Assembly (NCBI GenBank): GCA_049645885.1 | Contig: JBARUT010000020.1 | Coordinates: 1 to 41,339, forward strand | Direction of reading: 5' to 3' | Source: Candidatus Macondimonas sp. | GTDB lineage: Bacteria; Pseudomonadota; Gammaproteobacteria; UBA5335 | DNA length: 41,339 nt | In this document: in pieces, positions 18,979 to 30,713 of the stretch | Numbering within the stretch: the stretch's first letter is position 1 | Layout: each line of letters opens with the position of its first letter | Program-made: the position numbers and the translations under genes | Notes under the pieces: model-generated | Seen by the model: the letters and a program-made list of their open reading frames with translations, nothing else | Databases searched by the model: none | What the model was told of the DNA's origin: nothing

Positions 18979-19470
18979 TCAGGGACGCAGCGCGGTATCG
19001 CCGCGGGCCACGCCGGACACGCCGGTGCGCACGACTTCGAGGATATTGTCGGCTCCCAGCGCGCGCAGAAAGGCATCGAGCTTGCTGCCGCTACCTGTCA
19101 CTTCGACGGTATAGATGTTTTCGGTGACATCCAGGATGCGCCCGCGGAAGATCGCGCACAGCCGCGTGACTTCCTCGCGCAGCGCGCCTCTGGCGGCCGT
19201 CTTGACCAGCATCAACTCGCGCTCGATGTGCTCACCATCGGTGAGCAACACGACCTTGACCACGTCGACCAGCTTGTTGAGCTGCTTGAGGATCTGCTCG
19301 ATCACCTCGTCGCTGCCCGAGGTCACGATGGTCATGCGCGACAGCGAGGCATCCTCGGTTGGCGCCACGGTGAGGGAGTGAATGTTGTACGCCCGGGCGG
19401 AAAACAGGCCCGCCACACGCGACAAGGCCCCGGATTCGTTTTCGAGCAGGATGGAAACGATGTGTCGCAT
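18979..19470 (-). CDS. ilvH: Acetolactate synthase small (regulatory) subunit
   Basis: ACT domain LLENESGALSRVAGLFSARAYNI, KQLNKLVDV, ERELMLVK, EVVRTG. Confidence 0.96.
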   Translation of the reverse strand: MRHIVSILLENESGALSRVAGLFSARAYNIHSLTVAPTEDASLSRMTIVTSGSDEVIEQILKQLNKLVDVVKVVLLTDGEHIERELMLVKTAARGALREEVTRLCAIFRGRILDVTENIYTVEVTGSGSKLDAFLRALGADNILEVVRTGVSGVARGDTALRP

Positions 19471-19472
19471 GC

Positions 19473-21176
19473 TTACACCAGGATCATTTCGTTCTGGCCG
19501 GCGCCGGCCGGAATCATGGGGTAGACGTTCTCGGTCTGGTCGGTGACAAAGTCCAGCAGCACCAGGCGATCCTTCAGTGCCAGCGCCTCATCCAGGGCGC
19601 CGCGCACGTCCTGCGGCCGTTCGATGCGCTTGCCGACATGGCCGAAAGCCTCCGCCATCCGCACGAAGTCGGGTAGCGCCTCCATGTAGGACATGGCATA
19701 GCGCTTCTGATAGAAGAACTCCTGCCACTGGCGCACCATACCCATGTAGCGATTGTTGAGCAGCACGATCTTGAGCGGCAACCCGTATTGCAGGGCCGTG
19801 GACAGTTCCTGGATGCACATCATGTAGCTGGCCTCACCGGTGACGCAGACCACGGTTTCCCTGGGAAACGCCAACTGGACGCCAATGGCGGCCGGCAGTC
19901 CGAATCCCATGGTGCCGAGACCGCCGGAGTTGATCCAGCGGTTGGGCTTGTCGAATTTGTAGTACTGGGCAGCCCACATCTGATGCTGACCCACATCGGA
20001 GGTGACATAGGCGTCGCCGCCCGTCGCCTCGTACAGTTGTTCGATGACGTATTGCGGCTTGATCAGTTCCTTGTCGTGCTTGTAGGTCAGACAGTTGGTG
20101 CCGCGCCACTCCTCGATTTGCTGCCACCATTCGCCCAGCGCCTGGGCATCGGGGCCGCGACCTGAGGCACGCGCCTCTTCCAGCAGACCCACCATCTGGC
20201 CCATGACATTGCGCACCGAGCCCACGATGGGAATATCCACGCGCACCGTCTTGGAAATGGAGGCCGGATCGATGTCGACATGGACGATCTTGGCGTAGGG
20301 ACAGAATTTCTCGATATTGCCCGTTACCCGATCATCGAAGCGCGCACCGATGGCGATCAGTACATCACAGTGATGCATCCCCATGTTGGCCTCGAAAGTG
20401 CCATGCATGCCCAGCATGCCGACGAACTGCCGGTCGGTGGCGGGATAACCGCCCAGCCCCATGAGGGTGTTGGTGACCGGGTAGCCCAGCATCCGGCACA
20501 CCCGCGTGAACACCTCCGCCGCACCATCGAGCACCACGCCGCCGCCGGAGTAGATCATCGGCCGCTTGGCGGACAGGATCAGATCCATTGCCTTGCGAAT
20601 CTGCCCGGGATGGCCCTTGTCCACCGGACGGTAGGAACGCATCTCGATCCGCTCCGGATAGTGAAATTCGGTGCGCGCAATCAGCACATCCTTGGGGATG
20701 TCCACCACCACCGGTCCCGGGCGGCCACTGGTCGCGATGTAGAAGGCCTTCTTGATCGTGACCGACAGGTCTTCCACCGCCTTGACCAGGAAATTGTGCT
20801 TGACGCAGGGACGGGTGATGCCGACGGCGTCGACTTCCTGGAAGGCATCGGAACCGATGACACTGGTCGGCACCTGACCGGTGAGGATCACCATGGGTAT
20901 GGAGTCCATGTAGGCCGTGGCGATGCCGGTGACGGCGTTGGTCGCGCCAGGTCCCGAGGTGACCAGCACCACGCCGGGTCGCCCGGTGGCGCGCGCGTAG
21001 CCGTCCGCCGCGTGGGTGGCGCCCTGCTCGTGGCGTACCAGGATGTGTTTGACCGTATCCTGCAGATTCAGCGCGTCATAGAGCGGCAACACCGCCCCGC
21101 CGGGGTATCCGAAGACATACTCCACGGCCTCTCGCTTGAGGCATTCGACGACGATTTCCGAACCGGACAATTCCAC
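19473..21176 (-). CDS. ilvI: Acetolactate synthase large subunit
   Basis: [58 protein letters not shown] start at 21176 after AGGAG. Confidence 0.96.
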   Translation of the reverse strand: MELSGSEIVVECLKREAVEYVFGYPGGAVLPLYDALNLQDTVKHILVRHEQGATHAADGYARATGRPGVVLVTSGPGATNAVTGIATAYMDSIPMVILTGQVPTSVIGSDAFQEVDAVGITRPCVKHNFLVKAVEDLSVTIKKAFYIATSGRPGPVVVDIPKDVLIARTEFHYPERIEMRSYRPVDKGHPGQIRKAMDLILSAKRPMIYSGGGVVLDGAAEVFTRVCRMLGYPVTNTLMGLGGYPATDRQFVGMLGMHGTFEANMGMHHCDVLIAIGARFDDRVTGNIEKFCPYAKIVHVDIDPASISKTVRVDIPIVGSVRNVMGQMVGLLEEARASGRGPDAQALGEWWQQIEEWRGTNCLTYKHDKELIKPQYVIEQLYEATGGDAYVTSDVGQHQMWAAQYYKFDKPNRWINSGGLGTMGFGLPAAIGVQLAFPRETVVCVTGEASYMMCIQELSTALQYGLPLKIVLLNNRYMGMVRQWQEFFYQKRYAMSYMEALPDFVRMAEAFGHVGKRIERPQDVRGALDEALALKDRLVLLDFVTDQTENVYPMIPAGAGQNEMILV

Positions 21177-21243
21177 GCTCGCTCGCTCCTGGTCCCACTG
21201 GACCATCCACTACTTGGGGGCTGGCCGAAGCGCCCCGCAAACG

Positions 21244-21266
21244 AAAAAAGACGCCGTGCAGGCGCC
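21244..21266 (-). terminator. Intrinsic terminator-like hairpin in the ilvI leader
   Basis: Minus strand GGCGCC-TGCAC-GGCGTC followed by TTTTTT, about 70 nt upstream of the ilvI start. Confidence 0.6.
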
Positions 21267-21302
21267 ATCTGCCTTCCATCTCCCCGCCGAGGGGAACGTT
21301 CA

Positions 21303-21331
21303 AAAATACTTGTCCCCCCACGGGAAATCAA
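21303..21331 (-). promoter_or_regulatory. Putative sigma70 promoter of the ilv leader
   Basis: Minus strand TTGATT-N17-TATTTT. Confidence 0.5.
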
Positions 21332-21396
21332 GTGAAATGCTCCGTTTGGGCCAAGTCGCCCCACCTCCGCAAACACCACCCGCAAAGAGGCCCATC

Positions 21397-23073
21397 ATGC
21401 GCGCATCCGAATTTCACCTCTCCACCACCCGCGAAATCCCCGCTGGCGCCGAAACCATCAGCCACCAGCTCATGCTGCGCGCCGGCATGATCCGCCAGCT
21501 CGCCTCCGGCCTTTACACCTGGCTGCCGTTGGGATTACGTGTGTTGCGGCGGGTGGAGCAGGTCGTGCGGGAGGAAATGGATCGCAGCGGCGCCCTGGAA
21601 CTGTTGATGCCCGTGGTGCAGCCCGCCGAACTGTGGCAGGAATCCGGCCGCTGGGAACAATACGGGCCCGAGCTGCTGCGCTTCTCCGATCGCCACGAAC
21701 GCCCGTTTTGCCTGGGGCCGACCCATGAGGAGGTCATCACCGACCTGTTCCGGCGCGAAATCCGCAGCCATCGCCAACTGCCGGTGAATTTCTACCAGAT
21801 CCAGACCAAGTTTCGGGACGAGATCCGCCCCCGCTTCGGTGTCATGCGCGCGCGCGAATTCCTCATGAAGGACGCTTATTCCTTCCACCTCGACAAAGAC
21901 TGCCTGGACCGTACCTACCAGGCCATGCATGCGACCTACACCCGCATCTTCACGCGTCTGGGGCTCAACTTTCGGGCGGTCCATGCCGATTCAGGAAGCA
22001 TCGGCGGCAGTTTCTCCCATGAGTTCCATGTGCTGGCGGACTCCGGGGAAGACGCCATCGCCTTCTCCACTCAGGGCAACTATGCCGCCAACGTGGAGTT
22101 GGCCGTGGCCCTGCCGCCTGCCGATCCGCGGGCCGCGCCTACACGCCCCATGGCAGAGGTCGCGCCCGGGACGGCCAACGGCCCGCGGGTCACGGTGCAT
22201 TGGATGATGGGACGCAATGAAAAGCCGGTCGGCTTGGTGTTGCGCGAGGAGCACAGTTTGAACGAGATCAAGGCGGAAAAATTGCCCCAATTGAGCGTAC
22301 CGCTGCGGCGCGTCACGCCCGAGGACTGGGCGCGCCTGGGCCAGGGCAATCCGACAGCAGGGCTGCCGGGGGAGGACATGGCACTGATCGCCGATCACGC
22401 TGCCGCCGCGCTGGCCGATTTTGTCTGGCCGGGCCATTCAGATGGTCCGGTTTGGGCGGGCGTGAACTGGGGGCGGGATTTGCCCGAACCGGTTGGGGTC
22501 GACCTGCGCAACGTCGTTCCCGGCGATCGCAGCCCGGACGGCGAAGGCACGCTGGAGATTGCCCGCGGCATCGAAGTGGGCCACATCTTCCAGCTCGGCA
22601 CCAAGTACAGCGCGGCGCTGAATGCCCAGGTGCTGGACGAGGCCGGGCAAAACCGGACCGTCACCATGGGTTGCTATGGCATTGGCGTGTCCCGGGTGGT
22701 GGCCGCCGCCATCGAACAGAACCACGACGAGCGCGGCATCCGCTGGCCACTCGCCCTGGCCCCGTTCCAGGTGGCCCTGGCACCGCTGCAATACACCAAA
22801 TCCGCCGCCGTGCGGGAGGCCACGGACGCCCTGTACGCCGAGTTGCAATCCGTGGGCGTGACCGTGCTGCTGGATGACCGCAACCTGCGGCCCGGCGTGA
22901 TGTTCGCGGACCTGGAATTGATCGGTATTCCCCACCGCATCGTCATCAGCGAACGCACCCTCAGCGGCGGTCAGTTCGAGTACCAGGCCCGCCATGAAGA
23001 GAACGCTCGCCTGGTGGACCGCGCAGACATCCTGCCCCTGCTGCAAAGCGCCCTGAATCCACCGGAGAGATAG
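21397..23073 (+). CDS. proS: Proline--tRNA ligase (bacterial type) with degenerate INS editing domain
   Basis: [67 protein letters not shown]-terminal anticodon-binding domain. Confidence 0.97.
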   Translation: MRASEFHLSTTREIPAGAETISHQLMLRAGMIRQLASGLYTWLPLGLRVLRRVEQVVREEMDRSGALELLMPVVQPAELWQESGRWEQYGPELLRFSDRHERPFCLGPTHEEVITDLFRREIRSHRQLPVNFYQIQTKFRDEIRPRFGVMRAREFLMKDAYSFHLDKDCLDRTYQAMHATYTRIFTRLGLNFRAVHADSGSIGGSFSHEFHVLADSGEDAIAFSTQGNYAANVELAVALPPADPRAAPTRPMAEVAPGTANGPRVTVHWMMGRNEKPVGLVLREEHSLNEIKAEKLPQLSVPLRRVTPEDWARLGQGNPTAGLPGEDMALIADHAAAALADFVWPGHSDGPVWAGVNWGRDLPEPVGVDLRNVVPGDRSPDGEGTLEIARGIEVGHIFQLGTKYSAALNAQVLDEAGQNRTVTMGCYGIGVSRVVAAAIEQNHDERGIRWPLALAPFQVALAPLQYTKSAAVREATDALYAELQSVGVTVLLDDRNLRPGVMFADLELIGIPHRIVISERTLSGGQFEYQARHEENARLVDRADILPLLQSALNPPER

Positions 23074-23661
23074 ATGAACCTGCGGCTGCCCCGATTCCTG
23101 CGATTTCTACCGCTTCTCCTGATGCTGCTGGCTGGGATGGCCACAGCCAGCGCCCAGAGTGAGGCGCCGGACCCGGAATTGCGGGCGGTCCTGATGACGG
23201 CCGTCGAAATCAGCGAAAGCTTCGAGGACCGCTATGAGGCCGAAGTGTGGCTGACCGACATGTCCAACCGGCTTGCCCGCAAGATCCCCGATCCGGTGCA
23301 GCGCATCACCCTGTTGCGCTACGTCCACCGCGAGGCGACGCGGGCGCGATTAGCCCCGGAACTGGTGCTGGCGGTGATCGAGGTGGAAAGCAATTTCGAT
23401 CGCTATGCCATCTCCAGTGCCGGGGCGCTGGGATTGATGCAGGTGATGCCGTTCTGGCTGCACGAGATCGCCCGCCCTTCCGACAATCTGTTTCACATGC
23501 CCACCAATTTGCGCATGGGCTGCACCATCCTCAAGTTCTACCTCGACAAGGAAAGGGGGAATCTGAACCGGGCGCTGGCCCGCTACAATGGCAGCCTGGG
23601 ACGCAACACCTATCCCGACCGGGTCTTGAGCGTACTGGATCGACGCTGGGTCGTCCCTTGA
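23074..23661 (+). CDS. Lytic transglycosylase (SLT domain), exported
   Basis: Signal peptide; AVIEVES (catalytic Glu), AISSAGALGLMQVMP, ALARYNG. Confidence 0.9.
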   Translation: MNLRLPRFLRFLPLLLMLLAGMATASAQSEAPDPELRAVLMTAVEISESFEDRYEAEVWLTDMSNRLARKIPDPVQRITLLRYVHREATRARLAPELVLAVIEVESNFDRYAISSAGALGLMQVMPFWLHEIARPSDNLFHMPTNLRMGCTILKFYLDKERGNLNRALARYNGSLGRNTYPDRVLSVLDRRWVVP

Positions 23662-23964
23662 CCACAACGATTTGAGATTAGGAAAAATCATGACTTTTGC
23701 CCTACGTTTCAGGTGTCCCTGCCCCGTCTTGGTCAAATGAAACACGCTCAATACGCTTGAAGAGCCCGATCATGGATAGATGACAAGACGGATCCTGAAA
23801 TTTCCAGGGCGTACACCCTTCTTCTTGTCACTACATAGCTGTGGTTAACGATCTATAGGCGCCACATCCCCTCCAGGCCGCAAGACCATTGTTCACGCAC
23901 GCCGCCCTGGAGCCCCACAAGGCATTACAATGTCCGGCCGCTCGCCAGGAAAGAAGCCGGTGCC

Positions 23965-25281
<1,317 letters not shown>

Positions 25282-25325
25282 ACCAAGTTCCTGCATGGGA
25301 CAAGTGAGCCCCAATTTGGGCGGAC

Positions 25326-26138
25326 TCAGGGCTTGATGACCGCTCCCGCCCCCCCATCAGCAGAGTTCAAGGGCGCTTCGCCATGCTCCACCTCTCGGGC
25401 CGCCATCAGGGCGCGCAGCAAGGGGATGGTCAAACGACGCTGGGCGGCCAGCATTTCCCGGTCCAGGTTGTCCAGAACCGCAAACAGATGAGCGGGATGA
25501 CGGGTCTCCCGGGCCAAAAGGTAGCGAGCGACCGCGTCGGTCAGTGTGAATCCACGGCGCCGGGCGCGCATCTGCAGCGCCGCCAACTTGCCCGCATCAT
25601 CCAGGAGTGAGAGCGCATACACCCCTCCCCAACCCAAGCGAGAAGCAAGATCCGCCAACGCCCATGGACAGCCTGCGGGGGACTGAGCGGCGGCAGCTAC
25701 GAATACACCGCCACTGTCCTGAATCTCATGGTAAAGCGCCAGGATCACTCGCTCCCACGCACGCTGCCCGGCAATCTGGTCGATGGCATCGAGCGCCACC
25801 ACGGCGCCGGGTGGCGCCCATCCCTCCATCAGCGCCGGTTGCCAGTTGGCGTGTTGATCGAGCGGCAGGTAGCGCACCGGCCGGTGCCCCTGGGCTTCAC
25901 GGCATAGCGCCTTCAGCAAATGGCTCTTGCCGCTGCCGGAGGATCCGGCCAGGAACAGGACGCCGCGGGCGCCGGGTCGGGCGAGCGCCTGCACCGCCGC
26001 CAGCGCAATCCTGTTGCCGTTGTCCTCACCGCCTTCGGGCACATGGAAATTTTCAAATACAGCCTCATCGGTCAACTGGACCGGCAAAGGCAGTTGTCCA
26101 CCGGCCGGATGAACGACAGGCTTTCCGGCGCCGCTCAT
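25326..26138 (-). CDS. hda: DnaA regulatory inactivator Hda
   Basis: Clamp-binding QLPLPV, FENF, GSSGSGKSHLL, LADLASRLGWG, RRLTIPL. Confidence 0.9.
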   Translation of the reverse strand: MSGAGKPVVHPAGGQLPLPVQLTDEAVFENFHVPEGGEDNGNRIALAAVQALARPGARGVLFLAGSSGSGKSHLLKALCREAQGHRPVRYLPLDQHANWQPALMEGWAPPGAVVALDAIDQIAGQRAWERVILALYHEIQDSGGVFVAAAAQSPAGCPWALADLASRLGWGGVYALSLLDDAGKLAALQMRARRRGFTLTDAVARYLLARETRHPAHLFAVLDNLDREMLAAQRRLTIPLLRALMAAREVEHGEAPLNSADGGAGAVIKP

Positions 26139-27160
26139 GGGGCGGCCACCCATTCCAGTTCCAGCCGATCGGAGTCAGGTAGACCCGCCGCAGGACGACT
26201 GCGCATCCGCCCGTTCACTTCCAGCACGCCACGCAGGGATTCAGAGGGCAATGTGGTGTTCGCCCGCCAGACAAACCCGGTCGGCCCCGCCTCTTCCAGA
26301 AACAACGCGTTCAGCGCCCGTTGGGACTGGAGTTCGGCCGCCACCCGCGCATAATCCGCATAGCGCGCAATGCCACCCACCACAATGCGCACCGGATGGG
26401 ATGCCTGCGGCGCAGTCGAGGCTTGAGCAAAACGGCCGCGCAACAGCACCTCATGGCGTTGCAGCCCCTCGCCGACCATTGCGTCCAAGGTCGCTGGGGC
26501 CACAGTCCAGGCGGAAACCAGCCGGCCCTCCATGAAGCTCCGAAAAACCGCGCTCCAGCGGCCATCCGGCAAACTCGTGGCTTCAACCGCCAGCACCGCT
26601 TCCACGCCAGCGCCCAGCGGGCCTGCCGCCAGCTGGGCCGGATCCTCTCCCGGTGCGGAACGAAAACCGGCAGGCGGTACGCGCAATGGCAATCCCAGCA
26701 TGCTCGCTTGACGGCTCAGCTCCGCCAATGCCGGATCCGGCACAGCTTCCGTGGCCACCGATGCGCCGGGGCCGTCCGTCAACCAAAGCAGGGTCACAGG
26801 ACGCGGCCCCTTCCACAGCGCGATACCCTGCTGGGCCAGTGCGGTCTCGACGGGCCCCTCAGAAAAACTCACCTCGAACAACAACTGCCCCTGGGGATCG
26901 CGCTGATAGCCGTAGCGGCTGACCATCGCCTCGGCCTGCACATTCGTCAAGCGCACATCTGGCCCGGCCAAGCGCCGTACCACCTGATCAAGCCCCCGGG
27001 CGAACAGGGCAGCACGATCCTCGGGTGCGTCTTCCGAAACCACCAGGCGCGCCACAAAAGGGTCCGGCACCGGAATCTGTGCGTGCGCCGAGGCAGCCAG
27101 CCACAACAGCAGCACACCTCCCCACTGCAGGCCGCGCCGCGTCCATTCCGTCACTGGCAT
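26135..27160 (-). CDS. Exported protein, probably DUF2066 family
   Basis: Signal peptide (AHA|Q), [30 protein letters not shown]; lies between purM and hda as in other gammaproteobacteria. Confidence 0.7.
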   Translation of the reverse strand: MPVTEWTRRGLQWGGVLLLWLAASAHAQIPVPDPFVARLVVSEDAPEDRAALFARGLDQVVRRLAGPDVRLTNVQAEAMVSRYGYQRDPQGQLLFEVSFSEGPVETALAQQGIALWKGPRPVTLLWLTDGPGASVATEAVPDPALAELSRQASMLGLPLRVPPAGFRSAPGEDPAQLAAGPLGAGVEAVLAVEATSLPDGRWSAVFRSFMEGRLVSAWTVAPATLDAMVGEGLQRHEVLLRGRFAQASTAPQASHPVRIVVGGIARYADYARVAAELQSQRALNALFLEEAGPTGFVWRANTTLPSESLRGVLEVNGRMRSRPAAGLPDSDRLELEWVAAP

Positions 27161-27250
27161 TCGATCACCTTTTTTAGCTGCCACCCGGGCTGGGGTAAGA
27201 TACACCATCATCCGCCCCCAACCCTGTCAATCGCCCCTGCAAGGAATCCC

Positions 27251-28297
27251 ATGAGCGGCAAAACGCCCCTGACCTATCGCGACGCTGGTGTGGACATCGA
27301 TGCCGGCAACCGTCTGGTAGACCGCATCAAGCCTGCCGCCCAGCGCACCACCCGCCCCGAGGTGCTGGGCGGATTGGGGGGGTTCGGCGCGCTGTTCGCG
27401 CTGCCCGTGGATCGCTACCGGGAGCCGGTTCTGGTCTCGACCACCGACGGGGTGGGCACCAAGCTCAAACTGGCCCTCGATCTGGACAGGCTCGACACCA
27501 TCGGCATCGATCTGGTCGCCATGTGTGTCAATGACCTGATCGTGCAAGGGGCCGAACCGCTGCTGTTTTTGGATTATTACGCCACGGGCCGGCTCGACGT
27601 GGAACGCGCCGCCACCGTGATCGAAGGCATTGCCACGGGCTGCGCCGAAGCCGGCTGCGCCCTGGTGGGCGGCGAGACGGCCGAGATGCCCGGGCTTTAT
27701 GCCGAAGCCGACTTCGATCTGGCCGGGTTTTCCGTTGGCGTCGTGGAGCGCGCGAAGATCCTGGATGGCCGCGCCGTGGCGCCCGGCGATGCGATCCTGG
27801 GTCTGTTTTCCTCGGGGCCGCACTCCAACGGTTATTCCCTGATCCGGCGCATCCTTGCCCAGAGCGCCGCTGTCCTCGATCAACCCTTCGAGGCCACCAC
27901 CCTGGGCGCGGCGCTGCTCGAACCCACTCGCCTTTATGTGCGGCCCTTGCTGGCGCTGCTCGCGGCCCAACCGGTGCATGCCATGGCCCACATCACAGGC
28001 GGCGGGCTGGTGGAAAACCTGCCCCGGGTGCTGCCGCCCGGCACGCGCGCCGTGATTGACCCGGGCAGCTGGACCCGGCCGGCGATCTTCGACTGGCTCC
28101 AGGCCCAGGGCGCCGTGCCCGAAGCCGAGATGTGGCGCACCTTTAACTGCGGCATCGGTATGTGTGTCTGCCTACCCGACGACGCAGCGGACGCCGCCCG
28201 GGCGCTGCTGAGCGAATGGGGCATGGAAAGTGCGGTGATCGGCCACATTGAAGCCTCCCCGGAGAGCCGACCCACCGTGACCCTGATCCCGGCATGA
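27251..28297 (+). CDS. purM: Phosphoribosylformylglycinamidine cyclo-ligase
   Basis: [64 protein letters not shown]. Confidence 0.97.
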   Translation: MSGKTPLTYRDAGVDIDAGNRLVDRIKPAAQRTTRPEVLGGLGGFGALFALPVDRYREPVLVSTTDGVGTKLKLALDLDRLDTIGIDLVAMCVNDLIVQGAEPLLFLDYYATGRLDVERAATVIEGIATGCAEAGCALVGGETAEMPGLYAEADFDLAGFSVGVVERAKILDGRAVAPGDAILGLFSSGPHSNGYSLIRRILAQSAAVLDQPFEATTLGAALLEPTRLYVRPLLALLAAQPVHAMAHITGGGLVENLPRVLPPGTRAVIDPGSWTRPAIFDWLQAQGAVPEAEMWRTFNCGIGMCVCLPDDAADAARALLSEWGMESAVIGHIEASPESRPTVTLIPA

Positions 28298-28953
28298 GTC
28301 GAATCCTGCGTGTCGCAGTGCTGATCTCCGGAGCCGGCAGCAACCTGCAGGCCTTGCTCGATGCCCGTAGCCGGGAGGGTTATGCAATCGTCGGCGTGAT
28401 CAGCAATCGGCCGGAGGCGGCCGGGCTGGCGCGCGCAACCGCGGCGGGCATCCCGGCGGTTGCGGTCGACCATGCTGCCTTCCCGGATCGACCCGCTTTT
28501 GAGGCTGCGCTTGACACTGCCCTCAGTCAGTTCGCGCCGGATTTGATTGCGCTGGCGGGTTTCATGCGGGTACTCACTGCCGATTTCGTGGCCCGCCAAG
28601 AAGGGCATCTGCTCAATGTGCATCCGTCCCTGCTGCCGTCCTACCGTGGCTTGCACACCCATGCACGGGCGCTGGCCGCCGGCGAGCGCTGGCACGGCGC
28701 CAGCATCCACTACGTCACGGCGGAGTTGGATGGCGGGCCGGCGGTTTTGCAAGGGCGCCTTGCCGTGTGCCCGGAAGAAAACGAAGCAACCTTGCGCGCC
28801 CGGGTGCAGGCCCTGGAACACCGGATCTATCCCCAGGCGCTGGGCTGGATCGCCCAAGGACGTCTGCGCTGGCAGGACCACGGCCCCTGGTTCGATGGCG
28901 CGCCCCTGCGCGAGCCCTTGCTGATTGAGGAAACGGAGACCTGCCCGTCATGA
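28294..28953 (+). CDS. purN: Phosphoribosylglycinamide formyltransferase
   Basis: [45 protein letters not shown]. Confidence 0.97.
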   Translation: MSRILRVAVLISGAGSNLQALLDARSREGYAIVGVISNRPEAAGLARATAAGIPAVAVDHAAFPDRPAFEAALDTALSQFAPDLIALAGFMRVLTADFVARQEGHLLNVHPSLLPSYRGLHTHARALAAGERWHGASIHYVTAELDGGPAVLQGRLAVCPEENEATLRARVQALEHRIYPQALGWIAQGRLRWQDHGPWFDGAPLREPLLIEETETCPS

Positions 28954-29744
28954 TGAAATCGCAGAGATTCAATCCGGCGCGGATCGCGAGTCTGATGAGT
29001 GCGCTGCTGGCCCTGCTCTGGAGTCCGACTGCCCCAGCGACGGATCCCGTGACCACGGTCAAATCACTTCTTACGCCTTATGAAGCGACTTATCGCCTGC
29101 AACAGGGCCCACTCACCCTGGCACAGGCCACGTTCACGCTTCGCCAAGAAGCTGGCAAGGATGAATGGACCCTGAGTTCCCGCACCGAGACGAAAGGTTG
29201 GCTGGCAGCCCTACGCAATGATCGCATCGAAGAAATCAGCCGTTTCCGCCTGGACGGCGACCAGCCTGTGCCGCTGCATTATCAGATGCATCATCAGGCC
29301 GGGAGTGAAACCAAGACCGAGTCGGCCGATTTCGATTGGCCCGCCCGCCGGGTCACAGGCGCCGTCAACGGAACCACGTTCAGCCTGCCTCTGGAACCCT
29401 ACACCTACGACCGGCTGAGCCTGCAGATCCTGGTGCGTGCCGCGGCATTCAAGCAGATCAATCCCATTCAGGTGCGCATGCTGGAGAAAAACAAGATCAA
29501 ACCCCTGCGCATGGAAGCAGAGCAACAGCTTGAAACATTGCGTACCCCGGCAGGCAGTTTTGACACCCTGCGCATCATTCAGGTGGACCGCAAGAAGCCC
29601 ATCACTTTCTGGCTGGCCCCGACAGCCAACTACCTGCCGATCCGTGTGGAACAGGATCGTGGCAGCCTGCATCTGAAGCTGGAGCTGGAATCGCTGAATA
29701 TGGGCGACGGGCTAAGCGCAGCGCTCAAGCCTTGGGTAAAGTGA
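28950..29744 (+). CDS. Exported protein, probably DUF3108 family
   Basis: Signal peptide, [27 protein letters not shown]...LPIRV; usual neighbour of purN. Confidence 0.7.
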   Translation: MMKSQRFNPARIASLMSALLALLWSPTAPATDPVTTVKSLLTPYEATYRLQQGPLTLAQATFTLRQEAGKDEWTLSSRTETKGWLAALRNDRIEEISRFRLDGDQPVPLHYQMHHQAGSETKTESADFDWPARRVTGAVNGTTFSLPLEPYTYDRLSLQILVRAAAFKQINPIQVRMLEKNKIKPLRMEAEQQLETLRTPAGSFDTLRIIQVDRKKPITFWLAPTANYLPIRVEQDRGSLHLKLELESLNMGDGLSAALKPWVK

Positions 29745-30291
29745 CGCCGGTCTGGCCCTGATACTTGCCGCCCCGATCGCGGTACGACGTCTCGCACACC
29801 TCATCGGATTCGAAGAACAGCATCTGCGCCACGCCTTCATTGGCGTAAATCTTTGCCGGCAGCGGGGTGGTATTGGAAAACTCCAGCGTCACGAAACCTT
29901 CCCATTCCGGTTCCAGCGGGGTGACGTTGACGATAATGCCGCAGCGGGCATAGGTGCTCTTGCCCAGACAGATTGTGAGCACACTGCGCGGGATGCGGAA
30001 ATACTCCACGGTGCGGGCCAGGGCAAAGCTGTTGGGCGGAATGATGCAGACCTCGCCCCTGAAATCGACGAAGCTGCTGGCGCTGAACTGCTTGGGGTCC
30101 ACCACCGCCGAGTTGATGTTGGTGAAGATCTTGAATTCATCGGCGCAGCGCACATCGTAGCCATAGCTTGAGGTGCCGTAGGAAATCGCCTTTTCACCCG
30201 AGCGCTCTTTGACCTGCCCGGCTTCGAATGGCTCGATCATGCCCTGTTCGGTGGCCATGCGGCGGATCCAACGGTCGGATTTGATGCTCAT
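29725..30291 (-). CDS. dcd: dCTP deaminase
   Basis: [41 protein letters not shown]. Confidence 0.97.
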   Translation of the reverse strand: MSIKSDRWIRRMATEQGMIEPFEAGQVKERSGEKAISYGTSSYGYDVRCADEFKIFTNINSAVVDPKQFSASSFVDFRGEVCIIPPNSFALARTVEYFRIPRSVLTICLGKSTYARCGIIVNVTPLEPEWEGFVTLEFSNTTPLPAKIYANEGVAQMLFFESDEVCETSYRDRGGKYQGQTGVTLPKA

Positions 30292-30713
30292 TCAGGTTCC
30301 TGTCTAATAAAAAAAGCTGTACCGCACCCATTGATGGCCAATGTCAATCGCAACCAATGGACGGACCCAGGCGATGATCAGATCGGCCGGCTTCGTCAAG
30401 CCCACTCTATTTCTTTCGCCCCTACCCTTACTTCAAGTCGGTAAGAGGGAAATTCCATGGGCGGTATGCTGCAGGTTTGAGAAGCGCATCCGAGTAACAA
30501 AAGCTATTAATTTTAACACTTTGATAAGCAACTTCGAACGATAGACAGCGCCGTTTTGATAGAGGGCGCACCCACCGAACTATCAGCATCGGATGGGCCA
30601 TTTTCGATTCAGGGGAATCGTCCATCGTTGGGCGGCTCTGCTCCAAATCCTTTGCTAGGCGACGCTGAAGGCAGGTCAATCCGTCGACGCCAATGGCGGC
30701 CTGTAACGGCCCA

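Noticed and set aside
21136..21396. Apparent N-terminal extension of ProRS, and similar extensions for nirB, rimI, udg, thiolase and the quinone oxidoreductase
   Set aside because: Artefacts of longest-ORF calling; homology and RBS positions support the downstream starts given.
26321..27250. Apparent 310-aa N-terminal extension of PurM (ORF 26321..28297)
   Set aside because: Overlaps the DUF2066-like gene on the other strand; the real start is ATG 27251 with an AAGGA RBS.
29725..29744. 20-bp convergent overlap of the DUF3108-like gene and dcd
   Set aside because: Short tail-to-tail overlaps are common; no sign of special function.
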